Below, one piece after another: positions 1 to 9,342 of a stretch of 64,000 nt of DNA (position 1 is the first letter of the stretch; every line of letters starts with the position of its first letter). The notes beneath the pieces are model-generated. The model ran no database searches, was not told the DNA's origin, and saw only the letters and a program-made list of their open reading frames with translations. This DNA is from a virus. Where the stretch lies: the IMG/VR virus record IMGVR_UViG_3300046740_000358, positions 1-64,000 of that record; one strand, 5' to 3'. A program made the position numbers and the translations under genes.

Positions 1-429
1 GGCGCGCGTGGCAGCCTCCGCGGCTTCCCGGGCCTCGCGCTCCACCCGTTCGCGCTCGAGGCGCTCGGCGTTCTCGACCAGGAACTTGGCGTGGGCCTCC
101 TCTTTCTCGATGACCTTGATCGCTTCGTCGATGGGATCTTCGATCGCCGAGATGGCCGTAGCGAGTTCCTTGGCCGCGCTGTCGACCTTGCGGCCGTACT
201 CGAGGGCCTCTTTCTTCAACTCCACGCGGCGAGCTTCGACGGCCACGCGCCGACCGCGCAGATCCGCCCGTGCCTCCCTGGCCAACTTGGGGTTGGCGCG
301 GACGTCCAGCCCCACGTAGAGCTTGGCCAGTTCCGCGATCTGGTCCTTAGTCGTCGCGTACGTAATGGCCCGCGCGGAGCCTTCCTGGTCGCCGACGATC
401 GCCAGCGTCTGTCCTGATTCTTTTGCCAT
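1..429 (-). CDS. Coiled-coil phage protein, truncated at window edge (MAKESGQTLAIV...)
   Basis: Own translation: open frame from ATG at 429 to the edge, E/K/R-rich helical sequence, downstream of recT. Confidence 0.75.
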   Translation of the reverse strand, partial: MAKESGQTLAIVGDQEGSARAITYATTKDQIAELAKLYVGLDVRANPKLAREARADLRGRRVAVEARRVELKKEALEYGRKVDSAAKELATAISAIEDPIDEAIKVIEKEEAHAKFLVENAERLERERVEREAREAAEAATRA

Positions 430-432
430 GAT

Positions 433-648
433 CTACCTATCGGCCCTCGCCTGTGAATTCGAGCGACCTTTCTCCAACTCCTTCACCTTGTCCTGTAGGT
501 CGCGGATCTTCCGGTCCTTCTCATCGTTAGAAGCCTTCGCCTTTGCCTCCCGGTCGGCCCGGCGCGCAGCGGCGACCGCCACCGCCGCGTTGATCACCGT
601 GCTGGCGATGTTCACGACGCCCGCGACGGTGTCGATCCGTTTACCCAT
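433..648 (-). CDS. Hypothetical protein
   Basis: ORF track; tightly packed with neighbours. Confidence 0.65.
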   Translation of the reverse strand: MGKRIDTVAGVVNIASTVINAAVAVAAARRADREAKAKASNDEKDRKIRDLQDKVKELEKGRSNSQARADR

Positions 649-811
649 GGCGCCGAACCCACCACGCGGTCACACGGTTGACCGCGACCAGCAGCAGGAC
701 CAGCCCGGCCGCCGCGATAACGACGTCGACCTCCAGAGTGCCGACCAGGGTCATGTACTCGCCATGGCCGGGGTACCAGAGCAGCGACAGGAACCTGTGG
801 CCTTCGTGCAT
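641..811 (-). CDS. Small membrane protein (56 aa)
   Basis: Own translation MHEGHRFL...VVIAAAGLVLLLVAV; fills the gap, abuts recT stop. Confidence 0.5.
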   Translation of the reverse strand: MHEGHRFLSLLWYPGHGEYMTLVGTLEVDVVIAAAGLVLLLVAVNRVTAWWVRRHG

Positions 812-2065
812 CTACTCGCCCTCGGCCGCGCTGGCGCCCGGCTCTCCGGCTTCGGGCATCGCCCGCAGTTTCGCGATCTCCTCGTCCGCCTGCGCGGCGG
901 TCATGGCCGACGTGGACGGCACCCCGAGACGTTCGGTGATCTCCGACATCTGGACCCCGCGGTCCGCTGCCAGGTAGGCGATGTCCCGCGTCTGCTGGGC
1001 CGTGGCCATCTTGATCTTTGGGGGCTTCGTATCGGCCGGTGGCTTGTCGGCAACCGCCGCTGCCGGCTTGTCACCGCCGAACGCCCTTTCCTCGGCCGCC
1101 TTGGCTGCTGGGTCGGCGGGCTTGCCGGCGGCGGGCACCGTCTCGGCCTGCTTCGCCTCACGCTCGAGGCGCTTCTTCAGCGCGATGTCATCGAGCGTTT
1201 CCGGCTTCTCGGCGATGGCCCTGGGCTGCTTTGTCTCGACGTCGGCGGGCGACGTCTCCTCGGCCGCCGCGCCGATCTGCATGGGGATCGGGGCGAGCCC
1301 TTCCTCCTGGCGATCGTTGACGGCGATACCATGCGCGAGTTCGATGGAATTCGGCACCATCTTCGAGGAGCGTCGCAGTACCGTCTTTTTCTGCATCTCC
1401 TCTTCGTCCGACTTCCACGGGCTGATCGACGGCAGGTTCTTTCGGTTCTTGATCCGGTCGAGTTCCTTTTTCGTCATCACGTCGAAGTGGTAGCCGCCGT
1501 CCTTGAACTTCCACACGCAATAGGCGTGCGTGACTTGGCCGGGATCCTCCTCGTCCGTCGGAACGTGCCAGCACCGATCGATCAGGCCGTATTCGTATTC
1601 GAACTGGTCTTTCTCGTGCACCACACGCACGGCTACGCCAGCGATCTCTCCAGAGTTGCGAGCCAACTTGATCAACCCCTTGAATCCGATCACCAGCGTG
1701 CAGATGTTGACCTGGGCGCTGTTGTCTCGGAACGGAATCAGGTAGGCGTGACCCTGCGGTCCGTTGGGCTCGAGCCCGAGCTGCGCGCAGGTCAGCATGC
1801 ACGAGAACACGCTCTCCTGGGTGCAATCCAAGATGCTCAGTTGCCCCGGCTTCGGGACGGCCTGCATCGCCGTCAGGATCACCCGGTAGAAGCGCACCGG
1901 GTCGATGTGCTTCGGGAGCGCGATCTTGATCTGGTCCATGCCGCGGTCGAGCACTTGCTTGAACTGCACGAACCGGCTGGGTTGCTTGTTGGCGGGGCCC
2001 ACGATCTCGCCCGAGACGGCGGCCGGTGGTCCTGGGATTGTCGTCGGTCCTTTGGTCGTGGCCAT
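812..2065 (-). CDS. recT: RecT-family single-strand annealing protein
   Basis: Motifs AQLGLEP, GHAYLIPF, IGFKGLIKLARNSG, PW..DEEEM.KKTVLRR. Confidence 0.95.
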   Translation of the reverse strand: MATTKGPTTIPGPPAAVSGEIVGPANKQPSRFVQFKQVLDRGMDQIKIALPKHIDPVRFYRVILTAMQAVPKPGQLSILDCTQESVFSCMLTCAQLGLEPNGPQGHAYLIPFRDNSAQVNICTLVIGFKGLIKLARNSGEIAGVAVRVVHEKDQFEYEYGLIDRCWHVPTDEEDPGQVTHAYCVWKFKDGGYHFDVMTKKELDRIKNRKNLPSISPWKSDEEEMQKKTVLRRSSKMVPNSIELAHGIAVNDRQEEGLAPIPMQIGAAAEETSPADVETKQPRAIAEKPETLDDIALKKRLEREAKQAETVPAAGKPADPAAKAAEERAFGGDKPAAAVADKPPADTKPPKIKMATAQQTRDIAYLAADRGVQMSEITERLGVPSTSAMTAAQADEEIAKLRAMPEAGEPGASAAEGE

Positions 2066-2068
2066 GGC

Positions 2069-3025
2069 TTACTTCCTTCGCTTCTTGGTGGTGGTCGATT
2101 CGAGCCGCAATTGCCGGAACATCTCGTCCCGCGGTTCGATGTGGCGCTCCGTCGTGTACAGCGTGAGCCGCCGTCCGTCGGGCAGGACGCCGAACGTGGC
2201 GCTTCCGATGGCCTCGCGGAGTTTGTTCTCGGCCTCGTCGGCGCGCGCGCCTTCAATCTTTTTTACGATCACCATGGCCGTCTTGGCCTCCACCAAGGTC
2301 TGCCACCAGATGGCCGCCGCCGGCGGGAGTCCGATCTCGTCCCCGCTGTCCCGCGGGTGCAGGCGCTTGATCGCGCGCGCCGTCGCCTCCGACCCGTCGA
2401 TCGGCGGCGGCGTGTCGGACGTCACGTATTTCCAGAAGTCCGCGACGGTCGCCCGCACCTCGGCGATGAAGGCTTCGTTCCGCACCATGTCGCGATAGAC
2501 GAAGGAGTTCCCGCCCAGGATGCCCGCGGCGCTCCCCCACGCGACTCCCGTGCACGCGGCTTGGCACTGCACCTGGCACTCCACGTGGGGCGGCGTCGAC
2601 TCGTCCCAATTGTGGGTCATCCAGAAACCAACGTTCTTGGTCTCGAGGACGCCGTTGCCGGGCATGCCGGGGGCGTCGACGATCCAGCGGTCAGGGGTGG
2701 CGCGCAGCACTTCGAGCTCGGGGTCGATGACCACCACGTGCGGGCCTCCCCCCGCCCAGAGCTTGCGCTTCGCCCGGTCTTCGTACATGTCGGCCACCAC
2801 CGGCTCCATGCGGCGGCCGATCTCGAAGTAGTCGGCCGAGTCGTCGATCACCTTGTCGGCCCGCCCCGTCTTCTGGAGCCAGAGCGTGTAGGGGCTGCCC
2901 CAGGATGCCGGCGCCAGCCCGAACAGGATCGCCACCTCCGAAGCCCCGACACCATCACGGCGCCCAGCTAGCCAAGCTTCGCGCGTGCCGTAGTCCAGCA
3001 ACTTCCCTTGTCGTAATTCGCTCAT
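2069..3025 (-). CDS. YqaJ-like (lambda exonuclease family) recombination nuclease
   Basis: WLAGRRDGVGASEV, ATPDR, LETK, CQVQCQ; adjacent to recT. Confidence 0.93.
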   Translation of the reverse strand: MSELRQGKLLDYGTREAWLAGRRDGVGASEVAILFGLAPASWGSPYTLWLQKTGRADKVIDDSADYFEIGRRMEPVVADMYEDRAKRKLWAGGGPHVVVIDPELEVLRATPDRWIVDAPGMPGNGVLETKNVGFWMTHNWDESTPPHVECQVQCQAACTGVAWGSAAGILGGNSFVYRDMVRNEAFIAEVRATVADFWKYVTSDTPPPIDGSEATARAIKRLHPRDSGDEIGLPPAAAIWWQTLVEAKTAMVIVKKIEGARADEAENKLREAIGSATFGVLPDGRRLTLYTTERHIEPRDEMFRQLRLESTTTKKRRK

Positions 3026-3028
3026 ACC

Positions 3029-3241
3029 CTACCTATCGGCCCCGCCGTCCGGATCCGATCGGCTTTTCTTCAGGCGCACCATCGTTTCGAGCGCCAGCCG
3101 GACGTCGGGAACCTCGGTGGCTCCCCCGTTGTGCGTCACCTCCAAGGGATCCAGGATCAGGCGGCGCTTCATGATGGCCTCGGCGCGCGCCTGGTGGGTC
3201 TTGCGGACGTCGGGGTCGGCCCAGATGCGGCGCTGGCTCAC
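3029..3241 (-). CDS. Hypothetical protein
   Basis: ORF with overlapping start/stop junctions. Confidence 0.6.
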   Translation of the reverse strand: MSQRRIWADPDVRKTHQARAEAIMKRRLILDPLEVTHNGGATEVPDVRLALETMVRLKKSRSDPDGGADR

Positions 3242-3459
3242 GACCGCTTGACCCCTTCTATTTCGTCGGCGTCTTCCAGCAGCGCCTGGGCGAGGCGGCG
3301 CGCCACTGCGGGCGTGACCAGCATTACGGCGTCGCCACCGTTCAGCAGCGCGACGAAGCGCGTGCCGTCGGGAGCCGTGGCTACCCTGACCTCGATCTCC
3401 GACGTCGCGGCGGGCGCTGGCGTTTGCATCGGGCCAGCGGCGGCGCTCATGACGACCAC
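3238..3459 (-). CDS. Hypothetical protein
   Basis: Coupled ORF. Confidence 0.6.
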   Translation of the reverse strand: MVVMSAAAGPMQTPAPAATSEIEVRVATAPDGTRFVALLNGGDAVMLVTPAVARRLAQALLEDADEIEGVKRS

Positions 3460-3710
3460 AGCCCCGCCTTGATCCTAGCGATCTCGGCCTGCAGCAGCGA
3501 CATCAATGCCCCCGGGTTCTCGCCCGTGTCCGGCGACAGCAGGATCGCCGCAAGGTGCGCGCGGGCTTGCTCCTCTGTGGCCGCGACGCCGGCGGCGATG
3601 AGCATCTGCCCCATGGCCGACTGAAACGTGACGATGACGTCCGCCAAGCTCTCACCCATGATCACGGGGTTGACCCGCGCCCAGATGGCCTTGTTCGGTT
3701 TGACGATCAT
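3447..3710 (-). CDS. Hypothetical protein
   Basis: Coupled ORF (ATGA overlap). Confidence 0.65.
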   Translation of the reverse strand: MIVKPNKAIWARVNPVIMGESLADVIVTFQSAMGQMLIAAGVAATEEQARAHLAAILLSPDTGENPGALMSLLQAEIARIKAGLWSS

Positions 3711-3940
3711 CGGTCCGCCTCAAGTTTGTCGGCACCAGCCTTCAGGACGAAGGCGGCGTCGGCCAATGCATGGGCTCGTGCGATCTCGATCGCGTCGGTC
3801 ACGCGGTCGCACAGGGTTCCACACGGCGGTGGGACGAGTCCACGCCGCCGCATACCCTCCGCTTCGTGACAGGCGGGAACACCATCGCCCGCCAGAAATG
3901 CATTGGTGAAGGCCCGGTGGGCGCGGTCGCGGGCCGTCAC
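3707..3940 (-). CDS. Hypothetical protein
   Basis: Coupled ORF (GTGA overlap). Confidence 0.55.
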   Translation of the reverse strand: MTARDRAHRAFTNAFLAGDGVPACHEAEGMRRRGLVPPPCGTLCDRVTDAIEIARAHALADAAFVLKAGADKLEADR

Positions 3941-4338
3941 AGCCGCCCCATGATCTGGTCGCGCACCACTTCGAGGTAATACGCGATTTCACTCGACACG
4001 GGGGGCGGGCCGTCGATCCACCGCTGCACGATGGCCCCGCACCGCAGCCGTTCATACATGGCCGCCGGGTGGTCGTGCCGCGCGCCGCGCTCGATCACGA
4101 GGTCGACGCCGGCCGCCATGTGCGGCGCCAACTTCGACCGGACCGCCCGCATGACCATGGACTGCACGAGCCCTCGCGCCCACCACCGGAAGTGCAGGAC
4201 CACCGTCACCTTCCGATCCCCGCGGTCCGAGACGCTGTAGGTCTCCACGCCGAACGGGTTCATCCCCTTGGGGTAGCCTTCTCGCATCACGCGGACGAGG
4301 CTCATCAGCGTGCCGCGCTCGCTGTCGGGCACCGTCAC
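3937..4338 (-). CDS. Hypothetical protein
   Basis: GTG start at 4338 overlaps the upstream stop. Confidence 0.55.
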   Translation of the reverse strand: MTVPDSERGTLMSLVRVMREGYPKGMNPFGVETYSVSDRGDRKVTVVLHFRWWARGLVQSMVMRAVRSKLAPHMAAGVDLVIERGARHDHPAAMYERLRCGAIVQRWIDGPPPVSSEIAYYLEVVRDQIMGRL

Positions 4339-5039
4339 GACATCACCGCAACTTGCTTCAGGACCGACTCGACGGCCTCCATATCCAGCGCGGAATCGTC
4401 CTCCGTCCGGACTCGGCGCTCCATGTCGATCCAGAACGGATCGGACCGGCACGCATTCCCTTCGATGGCCCTGATCTGTTCGACCACGTTGTCTGGGCCA
4501 AGGCCACCTGCGTATCCACAAGGAATACCGCTGAGCGCTCTCGGCCAAGAATCCGGCAGGACGCCGGCGCCGCCCGACGTGTCGAACAGGACCGCAGCGT
4601 CGACGCCGAGAGCCTTTGCCGCCATCGCGTTGTGGCCGTTCACGCCGTCCCACTGGAAGATGAACTTCTTACCAAGCAAGCTCCGCATGTTCGCTGCCAT
4701 CGCGGTCGACGACTCGTGTGCTTCGGCGTGAGTGTTGATCTGGACCCGCTGCCCAACCGCCGCGATCCCGGGGACATCCTCCCAGTCGAGTTCCCCTTTC
4801 AAGAGTTCGCGCACCCACTTGCCGCATAGGTGCGTCGAAACGTTCAACGGGCCGAAGCCCTTGGCGACGGACACGAAGCGATCGATCCAGCCTCGCGACG
4901 GGAACCGCGGCGTCCCCTCCTGCCTTTCTGACACCAAGATCCCCCACTCGACGAAGGAGAACCGCTGCGACAGCGCGATCAGGTGGTGGATGTTGGTGCT
5001 GTCGTCGGCCCCGGTGATGGTGACGAGGTACGGTTTCAC
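4335..5039 (-). CDS. Phosphoribosylanthranilate-isomerase-like TIM-barrel protein
   Basis: VTITGADD, VEWGIL, LFDTSGGAG, GYAGGLGPDNV, WIDME motifs. Confidence 0.8.
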   Translation of the reverse strand: MKPYLVTITGADDSTNIHHLIALSQRFSFVEWGILVSERQEGTPRFPSRGWIDRFVSVAKGFGPLNVSTHLCGKWVRELLKGELDWEDVPGIAAVGQRVQINTHAEAHESSTAMAANMRSLLGKKFIFQWDGVNGHNAMAAKALGVDAAVLFDTSGGAGVLPDSWPRALSGIPCGYAGGLGPDNVVEQIRAIEGNACRSDPFWIDMERRVRTEDDSALDMEAVESVLKQVAVMS

Positions 5040-5042
5040 GGT

Positions 5043-5291
5043 TCACGTTCCTTTCGGCGGTGGCAGATTCTTCGCCCATTCACCGAGGGCCACCACCTCG
5101 GCGCGGGTCAAAACGATGTTCGAGACCAGCCGGTTGCGGCGCCAGTGCGCGACGGCTATCACCCCAGACGGGCTCTCAAGTACCATGTGGGCGCATACCG
5201 CGGTGCCGCCATCTCGAGCGCGGCTCAGGACGTAGCCCGCTCCCAACCCGCGGCGTCGCTGTTCTTCGAAGGCCGACATGGGGTCAGTCAT
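5043..5291 (-). CDS. Hypothetical protein
   Basis: ORF overlapping the dnaB stop. Confidence 0.5.
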   Translation of the reverse strand: MTDPMSAFEEQRRRGLGAGYVLSRARDGGTAVCAHMVLESPSGVIAVAHWRRNRLVSNIVLTRAEVVALGEWAKNLPPPKGT

Positions 5292-6762
5292 CCCTCGGCA
5301 GCCGGCTGTCGCCTGCCCACACTGAATCGAAGTCGTCTGCCGCATGGTCGTCCGAGAAGGTCATGGTGGCCTTGTCGTATATGCACGGCAGTTCTCCCGT
5401 GGCTCCCGCCCGATTCTTCGGGATGATCAGCAGCGACTTTAGCCTCAGGCGCTCACGGACCTCCTTGGGGTCAGGCTCAACGCCGCGAACCGTGGCGATC
5501 GGCTTCATTGGCTCGCTGAACGGCATGATGATCACGTCGGCGTCAGCTTCGATCGCGCCGCTGCCTTTGAGGTGTTCCTTGCTCGGCTTCTGGACCTCTC
5601 CCTCGAAAGACTTGTCGTGGGCCTTCTTCGTGAGTTGGGAGATCAGGGTTACAGGGGACTTCAGGTCTCGCGCCAGCCCCTTCGCCTCACCAGTGAAGTT
5701 TGCGATCGCATTCTCTTCGCTCTGCCCGCGCTGCTGGGCACGCTTCGCGATCTGCAGGTAGTCGATCGTCACGTTCACCAGCGGTGGCAATCCGTCGGCG
5801 GCAGGCGGCATCCCCTTCCGGACCTTCGCCGCCCAACGCCGCGAGATCGCCACCACGCGCTCGATGCTGGTCCGCTTGTCGTAGATGTATAGGGGCAGCG
5901 GACGGAGACGCTTCGAAGCCGAGTGAATCGGAATCCAATCGTCCGGCAAGACAGCGCCACGGTGGATCTTCCTGGTCTCGACCATCGACAGGGCGCCAAG
6001 GCCGCGTTCGATCAACTCCTGCTTTGACATTTCCATCGAGAAAACGAGGTTCGGGATCCCCTGCTGCTCGGCTGACTTGATCGCGACGTCCCACGCCCAC
6101 GAACTCTTGCCTCCACCCGGGAGGGCCGCGACCACGATCAGTTGGTCCCGCGCATACCCGCCGATCTTCTTGTCGAAGATCCCCAGCCCAGAGCGCACAT
6201 AGAACAGGTTCGGGTGTTCGTTTTTTGTCTCGATCGTGGACATCGCGTCGTCGATCACATCGCCAACGCGCACCGGATCGTCGTCGCCAGCGGACTCGAT
6301 CCGGGACATGTACGTCACGTGGTCATCCACCAAGTCTGTCACGTCCTCGAGGGCGTACGCGCGCGATGCCGTCTCTAGGCACTTCGCGATCACGCGTCTG
6401 GCGGTCGCCCGCTCCTTCACGATCGCGGCGTAGTGGCCCACGTTTTCGGCCGTGCCAACCGCCCCGGTCAGAGTCAGCAAGTAGGACTCTTGCCCATCCA
6501 GCATCGAAAGCTTGCCCCGCCGGCGGAGATCTTCTGCCAGTGGGATCACGTCGATGGGATCTCCGTTTTCGATAAGCGTTCGCATGGACTCGAAGATCTC
6601 GCGATGCTGGGGGAAAAAGAAATCGTCGACGGCCAGCAGGCCAGCGACGTCGTCGAACGCTGACGGCTTGATCAGCACCGCGCCGAGGGTTGCTTGCTCA
6701 GCTTCGAGACTGCTCGGGGATTGGCGCTTTCCAGCCGCCTCGGCATCAAGTCCGGTTGCCAT
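5284..6762 (-). CDS. dnaB: DnaB-like replicative helicase
   Basis: N-terminal EAEQATLGAVL; Walker A ALPGGGKS; FSMEM; IDYLQI; SGAIEADAD; KNR.G; SD GGAG before 6762. Confidence 0.95.
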   Translation of the reverse strand: MATGLDAEAAGKRQSPSSLEAEQATLGAVLIKPSAFDDVAGLLAVDDFFFPQHREIFESMRTLIENGDPIDVIPLAEDLRRRGKLSMLDGQESYLLTLTGAVGTAENVGHYAAIVKERATARRVIAKCLETASRAYALEDVTDLVDDHVTYMSRIESAGDDDPVRVGDVIDDAMSTIETKNEHPNLFYVRSGLGIFDKKIGGYARDQLIVVAALPGGGKSSWAWDVAIKSAEQQGIPNLVFSMEMSKQELIERGLGALSMVETRKIHRGAVLPDDWIPIHSASKRLRPLPLYIYDKRTSIERVVAISRRWAAKVRKGMPPAADGLPPLVNVTIDYLQIAKRAQQRGQSEENAIANFTGEAKGLARDLKSPVTLISQLTKKAHDKSFEGEVQKPSKEHLKGSGAIEADADVIIMPFSEPMKPIATVRGVEPDPKEVRERLRLKSLLIIPKNRAGATGELPCIYDKATMTFSDDHAADDFDSVWAGDSRLPRDD

Positions 6763-6769
6763 GGGTCTC

Positions 6770-7015
6770 CTAGTCCGGGATCGGGTTCGTGATCCACTGC
6801 TTGGGGCGCGCTGCCTTCGCGAACGCCAGCAGTTCGGACACCAGCGGCATGAACCGGCATTCGGTGATCGCGCGCTTGGCCGCACCTTCGAGCTCGTCTT
6901 GGGGCAAACCCTCAAGCCCGATCATGTACGCCTCGACGGCGCGCTCTGTGAGCGGGTGGCGGAAGTATTCCGAGAGCGTCTTCACGACTTCGACGGTGTA
7001 TTTCTGGATGGTCAT
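6770..7015 (-). CDS. Putative helicase loader/inhibitor
   Basis: Lies between initiator and dnaB; CRFMPLVSEL resembles the F.P.(V/I)AE motif of phage loaders. Confidence 0.55.
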   Translation of the reverse strand: MTIQKYTVEVVKTLSEYFRHPLTERAVEAYMIGLEGLPQDELEGAAKRAITECRFMPLVSELLAFAKAARPKQWITNPIPD

Positions 7016-7902
7016 GCCTTGGGGTCTCCGTTACGAGCTTGGAACTTTGCGAACGAATCGGCCGTCGAGACCTTGCCGGGCCCGGCGCGGGCCTCCTGCC
7101 GCGGCACCCCCAGCCCCCCGAAGGCGGTCACGAAAAACGTGAACGGGTGGCGAGCCTTGGCCACCGCTGGCGCCTCATCGGCCAGGAACTCCGAAATCAT
7201 CGCAGGCGCGCGCGCCTCGAACTCCAGACGCTCGGGATCTGTCTTGCCGGCCAAGAAGTCCGCCAGCACCCCAGACGCCTTCCCGTCGCTCGGGTTGCCG
7301 TAGGTGAGGCGCTTGTACTTCGCCGCCCATGCCCGTCCGAACTCGCGGAGCCAATCCCCTGCTGCCCACGTACCCGTGCGTGGTACCACTGGGATCGCGC
7401 GCGTCTCAAGATCCGAAAGCTTTGAGACAGATGGGGATCCAGAAAGAGAGAGATCAGATCGTGCGGGTGCGGGAGGAGGAACACTTGCTTGCAAACGGCG
7501 GCCATTTGCATCCCACGATGCGGCAGCGGCGCGCTGGCGGACAGTCCGAATGGTGTCCCCTGCCGCCTTCCGCTTGGCTTCGCGCTCCCAGCGTTTCAGC
7601 ACGTAGTCGGGGGCGTGGTCTTCCAGGTCGTGCACTGCAAACGCCTGCAAATGGCCGCCGTTTGCATCCGCTTGCACGACATCAAGAAACCCACTCGACA
7701 CCAGCGCGGCGGTCAATTCCCCTGGTTTCCCGCGCCAATCTGCCACCGCCTCAACTGAAAGCGAGTCTCCGATTACAGGATCTCCGGAAGCGTAGGCCGC
7801 GTCCCAGATCAGTTCGAGCGCCCCCCGAGCTAAGCCGCGCCCCCCCACCAGTGACGCCAGCCGGAAGAACTTTGGGTGCGTCCCGAGGGTCGGCCTGGCC
7901 AT
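7012..7902 (-). CDS. Replication initiator protein
   Basis: N-terminal HPKFFRLA...LELIW...LVSSGFLD...VHD domain, linker with internal repeats, upstream of loader and dnaB. Confidence 0.75.
   Translation of the reverse strand: MARPTLGTHPKFFRLASLVGGRGLARGALELIWDAAYASGDPVIGDSLSVEAVADWRGKPGELTAALVSSGFLDVVQADANGGHLQAFAVHDLEDHAPDYVLKRWEREAKRKAAGDTIRTVRQRAAAASWDANGRRLQASVPPPAPARSDLSLSGSPSVSKLSDLETRAIPVVPRTGTWAAGDWLREFGRAWAAKYKRLTYGNPSDGKASGVLADFLAGKTDPERLEFEARAPAMISEFLADEAPAVAKARHPFTFFVTAFGGLGVPRQEARAGPGKVSTADSFAKFQARNGDPKA
7430..7676. repeat. Putative replication origin (iteron-like inverted repeats inside the initiator gene)
   Basis: TGCAAACGGCGGCCATTTGCA (7490-7510) is the exact reverse complement of 7646-7666; further TGCAA half-sites; purine run with GATC cluster at about 7436-7460. 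Confidence 0.6.
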
Positions 7903-7904
7903 CA

Positions 7905-8060
7905 GGTCACCCACGTCCGCTGCCCGAAGCCGCCACCCTCCGTCAACCTGGCATCTCGTCTCGGGAGTGATCCCGGCGTTGATGTGCGTTCCCGATCGGG
8001 AGGAGAGGGGCAGCTTCTGACAGCGGACGCGTGAAAGGTCATCATCGGGAACGCGAGGCG
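7905..8060 (-). ncRNA. Structured 5' leader RNA of the initiator gene
   Basis: 29-bp stem 8030-8002 / 7941-7913 with 2 mismatches and several G-U pairs that form on the minus strand; competing 11-bp helix 8054-8044 / 7996-7986. Confidence 0.6.
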
Positions 8061-8134
8061 ATCTGTACTTCGTTTCGCGATCGGATCGCAAGATCTTTTC
8101 GCGTCTGGCCATCGAAACGACATCGCCATACTGA

Positions 8135-8800
8135 TCACTTGCGCCCGATCCCACGGCAGAGGTCGACGACCTGGTGGGCCTCGGCGGCGCTCATCTCGGC
8201 GATGTGAACCTGCTGATCGCGCCCCATCTGGGTGGTCAGCCAGCGGTAGCCGGCCCCGCGGGCTTCGTTCTTGGAACACCCGTCACGCTTCGCCTTGGCC
8301 TTGCACAGGCGATCGAATTCAGCGTGGGCCGCAATCCTCGCCGTCCTAGTCGTCGGGCCGCCAGGGCGCCCGAGGGCCCGCTGCGTCCCCGCGTGGCAAC
8401 CAACGTACGCGCCGCAGTCGACGCACCGCCAGAACCAAGGCTCGACACCGCCTCGAGCGCGCGGGTTCCAACGCGGGTAGATCTCGCCGCCCTTCACCAG
8501 TTTGGACGTCGCCCCGCACTCGACACAGGTCGGCGCCGGCGGTGGTGGCGGCGCTGGCTCGGCCGGTTCAGCCGCCTTGGCCAGCACCAGCGCGGCATGC
8601 GGTGGGCAGTGATCCTTGTCGCCGTCCTTCGTCGTGCACCGCTCGCAGAGCCTGTGGTCGCAGGTTCCAGACTTCCGGCGGGACACCGGGTAGTCGCACT
8701 CAAGGGTCGCCCAGTTTTGGCAGGAAGGGACGGTGCACTTCACCCGCGGCGCGCGGCCGCCGCAGATGAACCCGCCGGGGATGGGGCGGCAGTCCCTCAT
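8135..8800 (-). CDS. DUF3268-family zinc-finger protein with extra N-terminal Cys-rich domain
   Basis: CVECG...EIYP...WRCVDCGAYVGCH...LGRP...R.AAH.EFD.L. Confidence 0.8.
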   Translation of the reverse strand: MRDCRPIPGGFICGGRAPRVKCTVPSCQNWATLECDYPVSRRKSGTCDHRLCERCTTKDGDKDHCPPHAALVLAKAAEPAEPAPPPPPAPTCVECGATSKLVKGGEIYPRWNPRARGGVEPWFWRCVDCGAYVGCHAGTQRALGRPGGPTTRTARIAAHAEFDRLCKAKAKRDGCSKNEARGAGYRWLTTQMGRDQQVHIAEMSAAEAHQVVDLCRGIGRK

Positions 8801-9342
8801 TCGTGCGCGCTCTCGACCCGATCTCCGTCGTGCAAGTCAGACCACGATTTCCAGCCGGCCTCGGTCAGTTCACGTGAGTAGACCTCGCCCCGCGGAAGGA
8901 GCGGCACCTTGAAGTCGGGGGACGTGAAGACGCGATAGTGCCAGACGTCGTGTTTCTTTCCGTGTTCGGAGAACGGCGGCTCGGCCCAGATCAGGCGCTT
9001 CCACTGGCCGAAGAAAAACTCGACCCACTTCTCGGTCAGCGCGACGTGCTTCGGCGCCAGCCCGCTGGTCTCCCTGTCTTGGAAGGACAGTGATAGGTGG
9101 AGGCACCTCGAGTAGTCGGGGTTCTTCCACCAGCCTGACGAGTGCATCCCGTCGTCCCGAGTGAAGATCAGCGTGGACCCTGGATCCGTCGGCACGTGGC
9201 GCTTGCACCGATTGAAGTAGGTAAGCGCCTCGCGCGTCTCAAGGCGTCCAGTGTAGATGCCGTACTGGCACACGCGCTTCATGGCGCTTGCAACGGCTGC
9301 CATCTGGTCGTCGGTCGGGGGCGGTGGTATCTCGGTCTTCAT
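8797..9342 (-). CDS. Hypothetical protein
   Basis: ATGA-coupled; globular composition (HSSGWWKNPDY.RC.HLSLSF). Confidence 0.7.
   Translation of the reverse strand: MKTEIPPPPTDDQMAAVASAMKRVCQYGIYTGRLETREALTYFNRCKRHVPTDPGSTLIFTRDDGMHSSGWWKNPDYSRCLHLSLSFQDRETSGLAPKHVALTEKWVEFFFGQWKRLIWAEPPFSEHGKKHDVWHYRVFTSPDFKVPLLPRGEVYSRELTEAGWKSWSDLHDGDRVESAHE

Noticed and set aside
323-2971. 882-aa plus-strand ORF and similar long antisense ORFs (e.g. 32994-34715, 38804-40357, 42815-44386, 47900-49582)
   Set aside because: Shadows of high-GC minus-strand genes that carry clear family motifs; no protein-like features of their own.
5284-6762. Degenerate (inactive) DnaB, suggested by the QLTKK and LKGSG variants
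   Set aside because: Walker A, catalytic Glu, DYLQ and KNR finger are intact; ordinary phage divergence.
8030-8080. Hammerhead ribozyme (GATGA and GAAAC present)
   Set aside because: No CTGANGA core, and the motifs are in the wrong order.
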